DNA of 64,000 bases, taken from positions 37,173 through 101,172 of the forward strand of contig JAUCBJ010008204.1 in NCBI GenBank assembly GCA_032718475.1. The letters are read 5' to 3'. Positions 12,773 through 24,701 of the stretch are shown here, piece after piece. The position numbers and the translations under genes were made by a program. Position 1 is the first letter of the stretch, and the number at the start of each line of letters is the position of its first letter. This DNA comes from Nemertoderma westbladi. Its lineage: Eukaryota; Animalia; Xenacoelomorpha. The notes under the pieces are model-generated. The model was not told where the DNA came from, did no database searches, and worked only from the letters and a program-made list of their open reading frames with translations.

Positions 12773-15700
12773 TTAATTGAAAAAGACCCGAATTGGTGGA
12801 CAGTTTATGTCGTCACCAGCTCCGTCATCAGTATCCATGGTAACCTGTAAATCAGCGTAATTCTGATTGGATGCCAGTTTTATGAGACTCTTTAACTGTT
12901 TCTTCTTCCGCGCCGCGTGCGCCGGCATAAAATCCATGAAGACCATCTTAACGCCGTGGATAACGGAGGTCACCTCGAGGTTGGGTCGGCCAACCCGGGC
13001 CACAATCAGCTTCATAAACTCCTGCAGGGTGAGACTGGGCGACACCCCGAAGTCCCACCGGTCCCACATGGTGTACTCTATACCGGGCACGCACTCCTGT
13101 CGGGGCACTGCGCCCGGCTCAGACGAGATCACGATGGGCAACGCGAGGTTTATAAAGGTATTCCGGTACCTTCCGATATCATCCTCGGATAAACTTCTCT
13201 TAGCTAATTTAATTAGTTCTATGGTGACCAACCCCGCGACGCAGGCTGTTGTAGTAGCGATAGCGGGGACGATTCGACCGGCTATTCGTTTGGTCTGTAA
13301 GCGATCAGCCGGTTCAATCCCGTACATCGACGCGCGGAGATTCGATGCTGCCGTTATAAAATCGATGTGGCCGTTGGAGTCGTCGTCTTTCTCGAAGTCG
13401 ACGGGAAAAAGCGGTTTAACTGAAGGAGATTCTATTCCTTCTAGGTTTAATCGGACGTCGAATAAATCTTCCTCTTCCTCAACCGGGGCCGTTGCCGCTT
13501 CGTCGGTAACTACCGACTTACCGGAGGGTTCAAACTCCGGGACGGGGAATCCCTCGAGCGCGGCGAGGATAGCGGGTTTATCGAACGGAGCACCGCGGAG
13601 CCCGTAAACGTCGGCCCAGAGCCGAGCGAGACTCGCGACGAAGGCGAGATGGTCCGGGAGCTCGGGGTCGAAGCGGATCGGAGTGGGCGGCCGACGGGGG
13701 AGCGTCCAGAACGGAGTCCCGTCCGCCACCGCGCAGTCCAACGGGAAGCAGTGCAGCAGGTTCAAAGCCTTGTGGGTGAAGTACTTCTCGAATTTAATTC
13801 GGGCGAGTTTCACGCAGCCAACGAGGTCCGCGGGACGACGCGAGAGAAGTTTAATCGAATCGGAAAGCCCGTCCGGAGTCGGTTGATTCGAGCTGAGAGC
13901 GGAAAGTAAGCCGGAAGTCGACCAGTTGTAACTCGTCCAGAGTTTATTAAACGACGTAGGTTTCAGGACAAACGCGGATTCGAATTTATCGCGAGCCCAT
14001 TCTATAGTGTGGGTTACCGTGGAGGGGAAGGACTTGAGTGTGCAGTAGGGGATGGCGAGATCGGTGGAGGGGTCGTGTTGGCTCCCGTAGGACTCGGTAA
14101 GGAAGGGGACCACCGTCTGGACGTGGCCTTTAGTCCCGATCGTACCCGAGTCGAGGAGCGCCCGCTGGTTGGTGACGCAACGCGAGTCCACGTACCGCCT
14201 CGCCTCCACGTTATCCAACGCGTTCACGACCACGTCGAGGTCGGCGTAGAAGGCGTCCGGATAAACAACGACCTCCGTTTCCGGGCCCACGCGGTGCTGA
14301 TGGGCCGACACGTTGAGCTCCGGGTTGATCTGTTTGGCGACCGTCGCGGCAGTGCTGCTCTTGGGATGTCGGATGTGCTGCGAACGGAAGAGAAACTGTC
14401 GGTTTAAGTTACTTTTCTCGATGATATCGTTGTCGGTTATTGTTAAACGTCCGACGGTAGACAAACCGATATGCGCAAAGTTTTTAAGCAGTTCGCATCC
14501 GATGGCTCCGCAACCTACCATGAAGCTGTTAACGGAATGGAGTTGGTCCAGCGTCTGTTGTCCGACGCAACGACGCAAATCGCTGTACCTGTCCGGAGAG
14601 GCCGGAAGCGAGACTTCCGGAGGGGCGAGACAGAGAAACTCGCTGTAGAACAGCTGTCTCAAAGGGCTGAACTTCCCGGTCAATGATTTCAGGACCTCCT
14701 GAGCGACGAACCCCCCTAGACACGCCCCTAGCGGTTGGAGGAATCCGCTACTGGTAACGGCGAGACTGCGAAGTAGTCCGGAGTCCAACTGGGTCGGACG
14801 AGTTAGCGACGAGTTCGCGGACTCGCACAGAGCCAGGAACTCGTCCAACTCGCCAGACGAACTCGGCAACTCCCCGTGGAGCTCTGTGTAGCGGTCCAAC
14901 GCAAGGAAACCAACGTGCACGTTGATTGGTGCATCCGGGTTTAATAAATCTCCAATCAAAATCTCAGGATTAATTAATTGGTTATCTAAACTTGTGAAAC
15001 TAATTTTGATTGGTTGTTTAACTTTAATAAATACGCCTCCAGCGGTGTACTCAGGCATTGGTAAAGGAGCATCTACCTTAAAGGTGGACGGCGTTAATAC
15101 ATTGACAGTAAACTGCTTACCGTTCAATGACGTCACAACCTCGCGGAAGGTGATGACGTCACCGGTATCTAGACCGTGCAACCCGTCTGCGTGGGTGGTA
15201 ACCACCCCCTGGTTGTCTATAGAGGAAATAAACTTGGGTTCGATCTCTTCCCCATCGGCGTCGGAGACAAGGAATTCATCGCCCAAATCGACGAATATGG
15301 AACCGGCAAGGCCGTAAACCGAGGCGCATACGAGATGGATCGAGTTCTTACGACAGAACGAATCAACAGCGCGTTGCAGCGATAGAGACGAGTTGCAAAC
15401 CACCACGCAGGTGTAACCAGAAAGGATAAACAAGTTGTTTATCGTGAGGTTGCTATGGGAACAGCGTACGTCCACGTAGGGATTCAACTCGGCGAGTCTC
15501 GGAAGACAAGCCGAGTCCCTCGGTTTCCCGATGTCTTCCGGACGCACGTAGAACTGACTCCCTAGATCGGTTACGGAACACGGAGTCGCGTCGTCTATAG
15601 TGACCGATTTGACCCCGGCTAGGATTAGGTTCTTGGCGATCTCGACTCCGAGCCCGTTTACGGTGTGGAGGAACACGGAGGATCGAGCCATCCGATGCAT

Positions 15701-15787
15701 CGCGGAATCACCGAGGACGTAGCGTTGTCGGCTGTACAAACCGTCGTCTATACCCGAGACATCATCCCTGCTGTTTCCCGAGGCCAT
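12773..15787 (-). CDS. UBA6: Ubiquitin-like modifier-activating enzyme 6 (E1), intronless CDS
   Basis: 1004 aa; YSRQRYVLGD.AM, MVGCGAIGCELLKN, IEKSNLNRQFLFR, catalytic IPYCTLKSFP, FEKDDDSNGHIDFI. RQRY, GCGAIG and LKSFP match UBA6 rather than UBA1. Confidence 0.93.
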   Translation of the reverse strand: MASGNSRDDVSGIDDGLYSRQRYVLGDSAMHRMARSSVFLHTVNGLGVEIAKNLILAGVKSVTIDDATPCSVTDLGSQFYVRPEDIGKPRDSACLPRLAELNPYVDVRCSHSNLTINNLFILSGYTCVVVCNSSLSLQRAVDSFCRKNSIHLVCASVYGLAGSIFVDLGDEFLVSDADGEEIEPKFISSIDNQGVVTTHADGLHGLDTGDVITFREVVTSLNGKQFTVNVLTPSTFKVDAPLPMPEYTAGGVFIKVKQPIKISFTSLDNQLINPEILIGDLLNPDAPINVHVGFLALDRYTELHGELPSSSGELDEFLALCESANSSLTRPTQLDSGLLRSLAVTSSGFLQPLGACLGGFVAQEVLKSLTGKFSPLRQLFYSEFLCLAPPEVSLPASPDRYSDLRRCVGQQTLDQLHSVNSFMVGCGAIGCELLKNFAHIGLSTVGRLTITDNDIIEKSNLNRQFLFRSQHIRHPKSSTAATVAKQINPELNVSAHQHRVGPETEVVVYPDAFYADLDVVVNALDNVEARRYVDSRCVTNQRALLDSGTIGTKGHVQTVVPFLTESYGSQHDPSTDLAIPYCTLKSFPSTVTHTIEWARDKFESAFVLKPTSFNKLWTSYNWSTSGLLSALSSNQPTPDGLSDSIKLLSRRPADLVGCVKLARIKFEKYFTHKALNLLHCFPLDCAVADGTPFWTLPRRPPTPIRFDPELPDHLAFVASLARLWADVYGLRGAPFDKPAILAALEGFPVPEFEPSGKSVVTDEAATAPVEEEEDLFDVRLNLEGIESPSVKPLFPVDFEKDDDSNGHIDFITAASNLRASMYGIEPADRLQTKRIAGRIVPAIATTTACVAGLVTIELIKLAKRSLSEDDIGRYRNTFINLALPIVISSEPGAVPRQECVPGIEYTMWDRWDFGVSPSLTLQEFMKLIVARVGRPNLEVTSVIHGVKMVFMDFMPAHAARKKKQLKSLIKLASNQNYADLQVTMDTDDGAGDDINCPPIRVFFN

Positions 15788-15924
15788 GATCGGCTAGATT
15801 ATTCGTTGTGTTCTGTCGTTATTAGCTTTAACTTCGATGAAAAGTGGAGGCGCAAGAACTACGTTCATGAAAACAACATAAAAACTTTGGGCTTCCGGTA
15901 GACTTGTAGTTATGATTTGCTTTT

Positions 15925-16184
15925 GCAGTTATAGTTCATATGCCAGTATGCGTACCTCTGGTATTTTCGTATTGCAAAAATAAGACTATAAGTATGAAAT
16001 ACCCTATGCTGCTATGTTATTGAGATATTGTTTATTGTTTTGGTTAGAAAAGCCCACCACTGTAACCTGCTCCTTTCCGTTAATTAAGTAATGGCTGAAT
16101 GGAGATTAGTTTATTGTTTTGGTTAGAAAACACCACCACTGTAACCTGCTTCTTTGCCAGAGGTACGCATATGAACGATAACCG
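15925..16184. repeat. Small inverted-repeat (MITE-like) element upstream of UBA6 enclosing two copies of the ~52-bp dispersed repeat
   Basis: Arms GCAGTTATAGTTCATATG..TATGCGTACCTCTGG / CCAGAGGTACGCATATGAACGATAACCGC. Confidence 0.55.
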
Positions 16185-17479
16185 CTTTTGCTAATTTACA
16201 AGGTTTTTAAAATAAAAATATGAATTAATTATTCGTATAAGGAATATCATTAGTATAGGCCTAGGCTAGTAGTATTACAAGTATTACTGTATTAGTAGTA
16301 AGCAAACGCTACGCCGATACTGCTGTACTGGATACCGTCCACCGTCAGACCGTCTACACCCGAATGTGGGCATTCCCCAAAGTGGGCACCAACTTTTTAA
16401 AACTGCTGTAATTTTTGAACTATAATACATTAAACAATAGTGAAAAATTAATTAAATTGGTTTTTTACTAAATCTGCTGACAAATTAATAGGCCTATTTA
16501 TTATCAGTTGATATTATTAAATTTCAGTATAATATGGTGAATCTTTCAGACTGTCAGAGGTAGGTACCACAAAATTGTCGCCTGAAAGTTCGAGCGTCGA
16601 TTTACTAACATTTTCTTACAGGCATTATTTATTAATCAAACACAAACCAATTACACCATTACAATGCTAATGGTTTCAATATTGAAAGTTCTGAAGTTAC
16701 GTTCCGTTTATCCGTAAAATCCGTTTATCTGTTTATTATACGAATATAATGAAACTATAAACTTGAAGTTTAATAGTTTAGAGCACAGACACCTAAAATA
16801 TGTACTATTTATCTAGAAATGTTCTCTTCAAGTGTAGTACAGTAGTACTGTAGTACAGTACCGGTAGTACGGTAGAGTAGATGTACCGGTAGGCTACTAC
16901 ACTACAACATTCAACTACAATGCAATTTGTGAAAAGATAATTAACATTTATAAATCGTAGAATAGACAATAAACGAAAATCCAGAATTCTGATTTATTTT
17001 TAAATTTAATTTCCGAAAATAAACAAAATGCTGGGCATACATAAATCTGTAGGCCCCCTAAATAGTAAATTATTATTATTATTAACGCTCAAATATAATA
17101 AAATATAATAATTTGAGGAGGAAAACAACCAGGATACAAAAAGAACACTGCTAACACTGCATAAAACTGATAGATAACGGCTGCATCAGATACTGTACAA
17201 GTCACAAAAAAGTACAGTGTGAATTAAAATATACGGATATGAGCACTGAGAAAAAATAAAACATATCGGCAATAGGAGCATAGGGAAACAGATGCAATAA
17301 AAATATCCTAAAAAACAAACCTAAAACATATTAATCTAAAAAGCGAAAATATTTGGGCATAACAATTATATGAAACTAAAAACTAATAAAATTAACGAGG
17401 AAAATTATGACGATCGTGATTATACAGTAGGTGTATATTAAAATTACAAAAAGGAAGTAACAAGTAAATCGAGATCTTT

Positions 17480-18360
17480 AACTTTCCGAGTGAAAACTAA
17501 TTTTGTTTTTAGCGCAATCTACGTCAGCTGGAAGCCAGTTCCACATGGGGCCCGACCACCCAGTCTGCGAAAGAGTTCCAGCACCTTTGCAACCGATATT
17601 GCTGGTTGAAGAGCTTAATGGTGGCCTCGAAGACCCGCCATTGGAGCTGAGGCTAAAAAATCAGCACTATTTAAATCTATACGTCATCTATAGATCGCGA
17701 AAATAATACGGCGTACTGTAGTTCAAGTTTCAAGGCAGCAGTAGTAACTACTAGCAGTTCTATCTAAATAACATTTTGGTTCTAAATTACAAGCGTACAG
17801 TATGTAAATACGACGTGTAAAATACCTCTGCACGCGTTCAATTAAGTCAATACTAACTACGTGAAAAGGAGAACACACAGAGGTGTACAGTACTTACGGA
17901 ATAATTGGTCGCACGTAAGATATAATGATAAGTAAAGCAGAAAGTACATTACATTAGTGAGCAGCTTTTTGTAATTGTCGTCTATTAGCCCAATTTTCCA
18001 AACCCGTTAGAGAACCAGACAGGTACAGTAATTACTATGAGAACTTCTAACTCATGTAGCTTTACCGTCCGCAAACAATTTACAGGATACAAATTGCACA
18101 CTACAGTATCAGGCAAATCGTTGATATAAAGGAGAAACATAATGGGTCGCAAAAACACTCCCTTATGGGGTACCGGAGACGACTTTGCAGTCAACAGAAA
18201 TAGAATTTCCAACCACCACGTTTTGAGTCCGATTTGTCATAAAGGAAGTGAACCAAAGGCAAAGCAATAAGTCTTCAGAAACCATAATGTTTCAATTTAC
18301 AGTGAACCACCGAGTCGAAGGCCTTCGCAAAATCGATATAAACCACATCAATCAGGCCTG
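17480..18360 (-). mobile_element. CR1/L2-type LINE reverse transcriptase fragments (degenerate)
   Basis: DVVYIDFAKAFDSVVH and PIMFLLYINDLPD motifs in broken minus-strand frames. Confidence 0.8.
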
Positions 18361-20890
18361 GGCATGGGGCCTGATCAATTAGGCTGTGTGCGCTGCAGCC
18401 CACGGCCAAGCGACTGAACCGGCCCCTCAAAAATTCGAAAATAACCGACGAGTGGCTGAGTAATACAAACTGAAGGTAATCCTTGAAAGAAAGGCCCAAC
18501 TAGGTACCTAGTTAGACGATTTTATACAGTATCACAAAGTTATAAACAGGTTTATAAAAGATTTCCGCTCGCTTCGCTCGCATTTTCAATATAAAACGAG
18601 CTACTGTATAATGTCTAGATAAACCTTTTGTGTTGCGGTATACTGTAATTTAGTATATCAGAGGTTAAGAAATTCTACTCACTGACAGACAACTATATTT
18701 CATCTGTCAGCCGCTAGGAGGAGTGACTAGTTCCACTAATTTAACTGCTGTGTAAAGCCTCGTAAACACACACGGAGGGAAGCCATAAATTTGTGTTCAC
18801 GTTATCGTTTATTGTTAGGAGTATTTAATAAAAATTAAATCTCCTTTCAAACAAAGGTATATTACAATTTTCTATCGTTTTCAAAAGTTTTCTGAAAATA
18901 CTTGAGCAAGAATAGTCGGTAAATTAATATATTTAATTTATACCGCTGTAGTACAGTAATCCCGTTAAGGTACCGCCGTAACATGTCATCTGGATTTGGC
19001 ACTTCAGCAGTCTGAAAACGGACAGAGCAAAGTCAGGGACGGTATTAGGGGGGGGGGGGGGGGGGGGGGGGGGTCAAAAGGGGCAGCTGCCGGGGGCCCG
19101 TAAGTTTGGAAGCGACCCGCAAGTTGGGAGAAATTTACCGAACATTATCTCACTGATAAAACAACCTCAATTATTTATTAATTTCTGGCTCTTCAATAAA
19201 TATTTATATCTCACATATAGACCATCCATAGACAGATAGACCATGCCTGATTAGAGAATGCCATTGAAACAAAATAGAAGGGCCCTTAATGTCGTAAATA
19301 TTCATTCCAGAACATGTAATTATTTAACCTGAGGTGAACTAGTAGTGGGATAAAGCAATGAGTTACATTTACTATAGGCCTATTACCTCGACTCGGCTAC
19401 CCAGGCAGCCAGACTATCGACTAGGCTACTATGTAGCTAGCCAGGGTCAGGGTGAAACTATCAAGCCCCCCCCCCCCCCCCCCCCCCCCCCGTTAATATT
19501 AATTTTTCTAATCATTACAGCCTAAAATAACACTTTCACTTTTCTGATCAATCTACTGTACATACACTGATTCAAAAGACTATCGGTTTGTCATCGTGAG
19601 ACACTGTAACGTAATGTGTAAAGGAAAACATTAGCAAAAAGGTGGATTTAAAATAAGACAACGTCTCAATTCCATGTAATAAATAGTCACACAAAGTCAC
19701 AAAAAAAGGTACGCATTTACACTGCAAATTTGCAATGCTTTTGCCTTGATTTGTTTCTGTTCTGTACAGTAGTAGCTGAGTAGGATCTCAACTCAATCTA
19801 TCAATTGATAGTTAATATCAACAATTAATGCAACAGAACGCCGTTGTCGGCGTCTGTTGCTTGCTTAGCGTTTAAATTTATAGCCTACCGATTATTGACA
19901 GCTGTAATTGATAAAGTCTCTTGTCAGTTATCCTAGGAAAAACAATACGCCTACACAGCAGTGGGTTAAACTAAACTCCGTATTCGTATGCATGCGATAG
20001 CTATCGTATTTGCCTATCGTATTTGGATCAATCGTATATGAATCAATCGTATATGCACTGCTCCTGCTCACAAGCTAAGCACGTATCCTAAATAAGGTTT
20101 TGTGTTAAGTGCCCTACCGCATGATTTCGACTGTATATATTGTAAGCTAAACTTCCTAGACAAAGACGATTATGATTTGCCTATTATTTTTAGTTTTTTA
20201 TTTATTATTTTATTTTGTATTAAAATGTTATTTTTACGCCCATGTAAAGGAATACAATGCAGGATTTCACTTTTCGGTCGACTTTTTATTGTAATTTTAT
20301 ATTTGAAGATTTTTTATTTTTTAAATATATCTTTAATAAGTGTTTTATAGCGCTTAATTCTGTCTTATAACCTGTACATATACTAATTCGTTTATTGTTT
20401 TGGTTAGATTCAGCCCTTCTGTAACCTGTGTTTTTGGTGAAAACCTGGTATTCTTCACATGAGGCTAACTGCAAAGTGAAATATAACGGCAGAAAGTCTG
20501 GTATTCTTCACATGGGCCTTTTTTTATCTAAGTTTAATGCTTAGGCCTACGGACTGCGCTTGGTTGTTTTATTTGGTGTTAAGATTAATCATGTATTGTT
20601 CGCTGATGATTTGTGTCTCTTTCGAATTCTTATTACAGTATTAATATATAATATACACACACATAGCTGTTCTTTTTGCAAATTTATAAATGTATAAATA
20701 TCCCATGAGGATGAGGATAAATAACGGTCATCAAAATATACAAGTTTATTAAACGCAATGATATTGAAGTGGGAAGTGGGCCTATTGATACGGTGATAAC
20801 ATTGTATCTCATACTGTCATAAGCCATACCGGTCAGCCGGTAATGGTATCGAAGTATGAAATAAGTAATAAACAACCAAATAGCAAAACA

Positions 20891-21370
20891 TCACCGTCTC
20901 ATAGAAGGGAAGTCTACTATAGGCCGACCTGTAGAGTCCAGTGCAACCCGTTGTCCTGGTAATGGGGGGCCCGATAGTTTCCTAGGTAACTGAGTCGGTT
21001 GGTTTAGGTCCTCGAGCATTGTGAGCCATCGCTGCACCGTCGTCTGATGACGCTGAATCTGTAGGTTCTTCCGCTCCAATTCGATTCGAAGCTCCCCGTT
21101 ACCTTCTGTGGCGACGTGTTCCGGTAACTCTACTGCGAGGACCAGCCGTTTCTGCAGAAAGAAGGTCTCCAACTGGTGTCCGACGTCGAGGAATCGCGTC
21201 AGACATTGGTCCACGGTGTTTTGTATCTCGGTTTTGTCTATGAGGTTCACATGATCCTGATTCACCAGCGAAGAATAACACGCCTGGAACGCCGCTTCAA
21301 AGTCGTCCACTAGGTTGTTACCGGCAGGGATGGTTTGTTCAGCATTCTGACTTGTCGACTGACAATCCAT
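20891..21370 (-). CDS. MED28: Mediator complex subunit 28, intronless CDS
   Basis: LVDDFEAAFQACYSSLVNQD...VDQCLTRFLDVGHQLETFFLQKRL...ELRIELERK matches the Med28 family. Confidence 0.92.
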   Translation of the reverse strand: MDCQSTSQNAEQTIPAGNNLVDDFEAAFQACYSSLVNQDHVNLIDKTEIQNTVDQCLTRFLDVGHQLETFFLQKRLVLAVELPEHVATEGNGELRIELERKNLQIQRHQTTVQRWLTMLEDLNQPTQLPRKLSGPPLPGQRVALDSTGRPIVDFPSMRR

Positions 21371-22935
21371 TAGGCCTACAGCATTATATTATTGCGACAT
21401 ATCCTGATATCTCGATGACACGCTAACTGGCTAACTCGTCGGTGAGAAAACGATTACGGTACACGCAAGCGGGAAGGCTGCATGGGAGGCCTACCTAGTA
21501 CCTACTGGCCTATGCTATGCCTGTATGCAGATATGTTTTCATCAGCACAGCACGAGCACCAGAGTACAGTTTTTAGTCAATTAGTACTGTAGTAGCAATC
21601 CTGAATCCTACAGAACTGCACAGCTAGCGCTGGATACTGCAGTGCAGTACTGCCAGACTGGAATTGCTCCGAATTCTGGAATTTACCAGTTTACCGTACG
21701 CGGAAGATACGCCGCGTATTTTTGCAATTACAGAATTACGCGGAAGGCAGGAAGCTGGGAAGGCATGTATGAAAATACGCTCGATCGGCGTATTTTCCAG
21801 AATGTACGCGGAAGATACCCCTGTACCCTGATACCAGAAGATTTTAATTTTGTTTATTTTTATTTCACTTTACTACACCTGTACACTGGGTGCACTGTAC
21901 TGCTGTATGTACTACAGTACTACTGACAGCAGACTGAGGGAGCTATTGCAGTATCAGAGTATTGATAATGGGATTTGGCTGTCTGGTGTGTTAAGACCGT
22001 TTTGAGGGTTTGGGATTGGGAGTAATATGCAGTAGTACTTTGCAAACCCCATACGACGTCGGTATTATATATTTATATCGCATTAATTTTAATTTTCACT
22101 AAAACAATCGCCTTTTCCACTAAATTAAATGTTTTTTTGCTATACATTTTGGTCACTAAAATAAATGTATTCCTCCACTAAAATAATATTAATTATCACT
22201 ACAACTATAAATGTATTTTTCTAATCATATAACTGAAACCTGTTTAATTTTGAATTTTGTTTATTGTTTTTGTTATAATAACGTGCCACTCTCTATGTCA
22301 GCATTCTATGTAGTGATAATTAATAGATTTTAGTGATAAATAATATATTTAAGTGATAATTAATTTATTTACTGGAAACTGAATGATTTTATAGTGATTT
22401 AATGTTTAACATTAAGGTAAAGGAAGCATAAGCTTATTGTACCTGTTCAGATATTAAACTGAGGCTATGTATTTACCTACTACTGTACTGTACTACCCTA
22501 CAAATGTTGATATGAAGTATGTAAAATGAGAGGGTGGCGTAAGGTCAAACTTAACCTAACTGGCTAAAAATCATTTACAATACAGTAATTAAAATGTAAG
22601 TACAGGAAGTGCATCTAAAAACCGAGCTTGACACGAGTAATAAAATAGACGTTATAACAAATTTGGCTCACATTTTAATACATCTTAAAAACAATATGCA
22701 GTAAAACAGTATAGGCCCTACTGTAGCTGTGTATAAAAACTATTAAATTGTTTAAAAACGTCAAGTAAATAGGTTCAATCCAATTAAAAATACAGATAGT
22801 ATATTTAGTTATTATAATATAATATAAAATATTAATTTTATAAAGTAGTTGTTAAAACGTAAAGTTTGTGTATGAGAACAAAAGCGTGTATTGGAATGAT
22901 AATTGAATTGAAATTAATATATCATATCTCTCCAA

Positions 22936-22978
22936 ACCACGTACGCGTTTCGACCTTACTGGGTCTCATCAGCGTGGT
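22936..22978 (-). ncRNA. Minimal type I hammerhead ribozyme, copy 1
   Basis: Minus strand: ACCACG-CUGAUGA-GACC(CAGUAA)GGUC-GAAA-CGCG-UA-CGUGGU. Intact core, 6-bp stem I, 4-bp stem II, palindromic stem III (ACGCGU), GUA cleavage triplet with the A at 22942. Confidence 0.88.
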
Positions 22979-23295
22979 GTCGGATTTGAACCTGGGACCA
23001 ATATGAGATATTAATTTCAATAAAAATTACGCGATTCCTAAATTTGTACACTACCCGGTTAAAAAGTACGCATGTGATGGGATTAGTCCTACAATTGCGC
23101 CAATAAAAGATAAGTTATTTTCGGTAAATTAAACTTATCATTCGAGGCTAAGACCCCAAGATCCCTTCCTATAATAAATGTATAATAACAAACACCTCAA
23201 AAACACAGCTTGCCAACACATTGTTACTATCCATAATAAAAATCAGGGGCTAATAAAATGGCAGCTGACTTTGAAATTAATACTCCATATCTCAA

Positions 23296-23356
23296 GAACC
23301 TGTGGCCTAGTGGTTGTAGTCGGCTTCCACCTCGTGGTCCCAGGTTCAAATCCGAC
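23296..23356 (+). promoter_or_regulatory. tRNA-like Pol III type 2 internal promoter directly 5' of hammerhead copy 2
   Basis: A-box TGGCCTAGTGG (23303-23313) and B-box GGTTCAAATCC (23343-23353). Confidence 0.75.
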
Positions 23357-23399
23357 ACCACGCTGATGAGACCCAGTAAGGTTGAAACGCGTATGTGGT
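23357..23399 (+). ncRNA. Minimal type I hammerhead ribozyme, copy 2
   Basis: ACCACG-CUGAUGA-GACC(CAGUAA)GGUU-GAAA-CGCG-UA-UGUGGU. Differs from copy 1 by two C>T changes at CpG sites, each leaving a G-U wobble pair. Confidence 0.82.
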
Positions 23400-23599
23400 T
23401 TGGAGAGATATGAGATATTAATTTCAATAAAAATTACGCGATTCCTAAATTTGTACACTACCCGGTTAAAAAGTACGCATAAGTTATTATCGGTAAAATA
23501 AACTTATCATTCGAGATTAAGACCCCTAGATCCCCTCGTGCTATATTTGGGTGAGCCAAGTCCCAATGAGCTACAGGACGTTGACCCCCACTTTTCAAT

Positions 23600-24549
23600 C
23601 TCAGTCTGTATTCGGCTTCGCGTTCGAATTTGGACATGTCTCTATCAAAGTAGTATCGTATGCTGCCAGCCTCGAATTATTTGCCCGATAGTATTTGGTT
23701 AGCCATGGCGCAAGTGTCGAAAGAGAGGAGCAGTGGTCGGTTTGATGAGTCTTCTCGCGGTTTCCCCAATCGGGAGATTGTCTTATATGGTAGTTTCTCG
23801 TTGAGATAATCAAAGAGCAAATTACTGTCTACTTCTCGCTGTTTGTTGGAAGAATTGTTTCCATTGTCACCAGGAAAGTTTCGAATAACAATGTTATATT
23901 TGCGTTGGTCGTTTAAGTCGGATTATCTTCTCGATACTCACTGAGTCAATTGGTTTAGCAGCACATTTCTGCTCAATATAGTGTCATGGATATACTTGAG
24001 TTTTCTGGCGTTTTTCTTTACAATTTCGACCCAACATCCACCATCCTCCTCATTTACCAATTGAGGGGGTGGAGTCGTTTCTATGGTTACAATTTTAGAT
24101 CGGACTTCACCCTGCGCCACCTCTACATCGCTTAGTCGTACTTCAATCTCATGGCGAAGTGAGGCTAAGTCGTTGCCAAGGATGATTTTATTATCGTCGC
24201 CATCTGACTCAGTTAGAGCACGGAGTTTGTCTAGTTGTAGAATTTCTTCCTCGAGTGCAGTGATCCGTACTGCCGAACAGAAACCACATATACATTTTTT
24301 GGATAAGAAATTGTTTTGTCCAGAAGGTATGGTACTTTCCGTCAACACTGTTGTGCATGCAGAACATTCAACACTTGTGCGCACAAATTTATTGGAGGAT
24401 GCGACTGGTGTGAGTTTGGATTTGCCGTTTTTGGGTGTGACGGTGACGGGGTTGCGTTTCTCACCTACAGATAGCCGTATAATAAATTGTTGTATCGCCT
24501 GGTTTACTCGTCCCAGTTGTGATTGGTTGAGAGTTTGCTCATCATGCAA
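23600..24549 (-). mobile_element. Degenerate LINE ORF1-like sequence
   Basis: 203-aa ORF with CxxC...CxxC and a coiled-coil-like stretch, followed out of frame by QRKYNIVIRNFPGD, resembling the R..NI.I...P motif of CR1/L2/Jockey ORF1p. Confidence 0.55.
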
Positions 24550-24701
24550 TCGTTTATGTTATACAGGGAGTAAGTAGATATAGAGCCCTGCTATACAATA
24601 TTACTGTTGTAAGATTTCCAGTTTGATCAGCTGTATATTGTCCAGTTGTCTTAGGTAAACTCTTCCTCTTGTGCCCCTACAGCACAGCCCTATAAAAAAA
24701 T

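Noticed and set aside
10403-15787. SAC3D1 and UBA6 as a trans-spliced operon
   Set aside because: Same strand but ~1.35 kb apart, with no sequence evidence for polycistronic processing.
19048-19491. Long poly-G/poly-C tracts (also ~5730, 6012, 32953, 41020)
   Set aside because: Common in TE remnants and length-unreliable in assemblies; no specific function can be supported.
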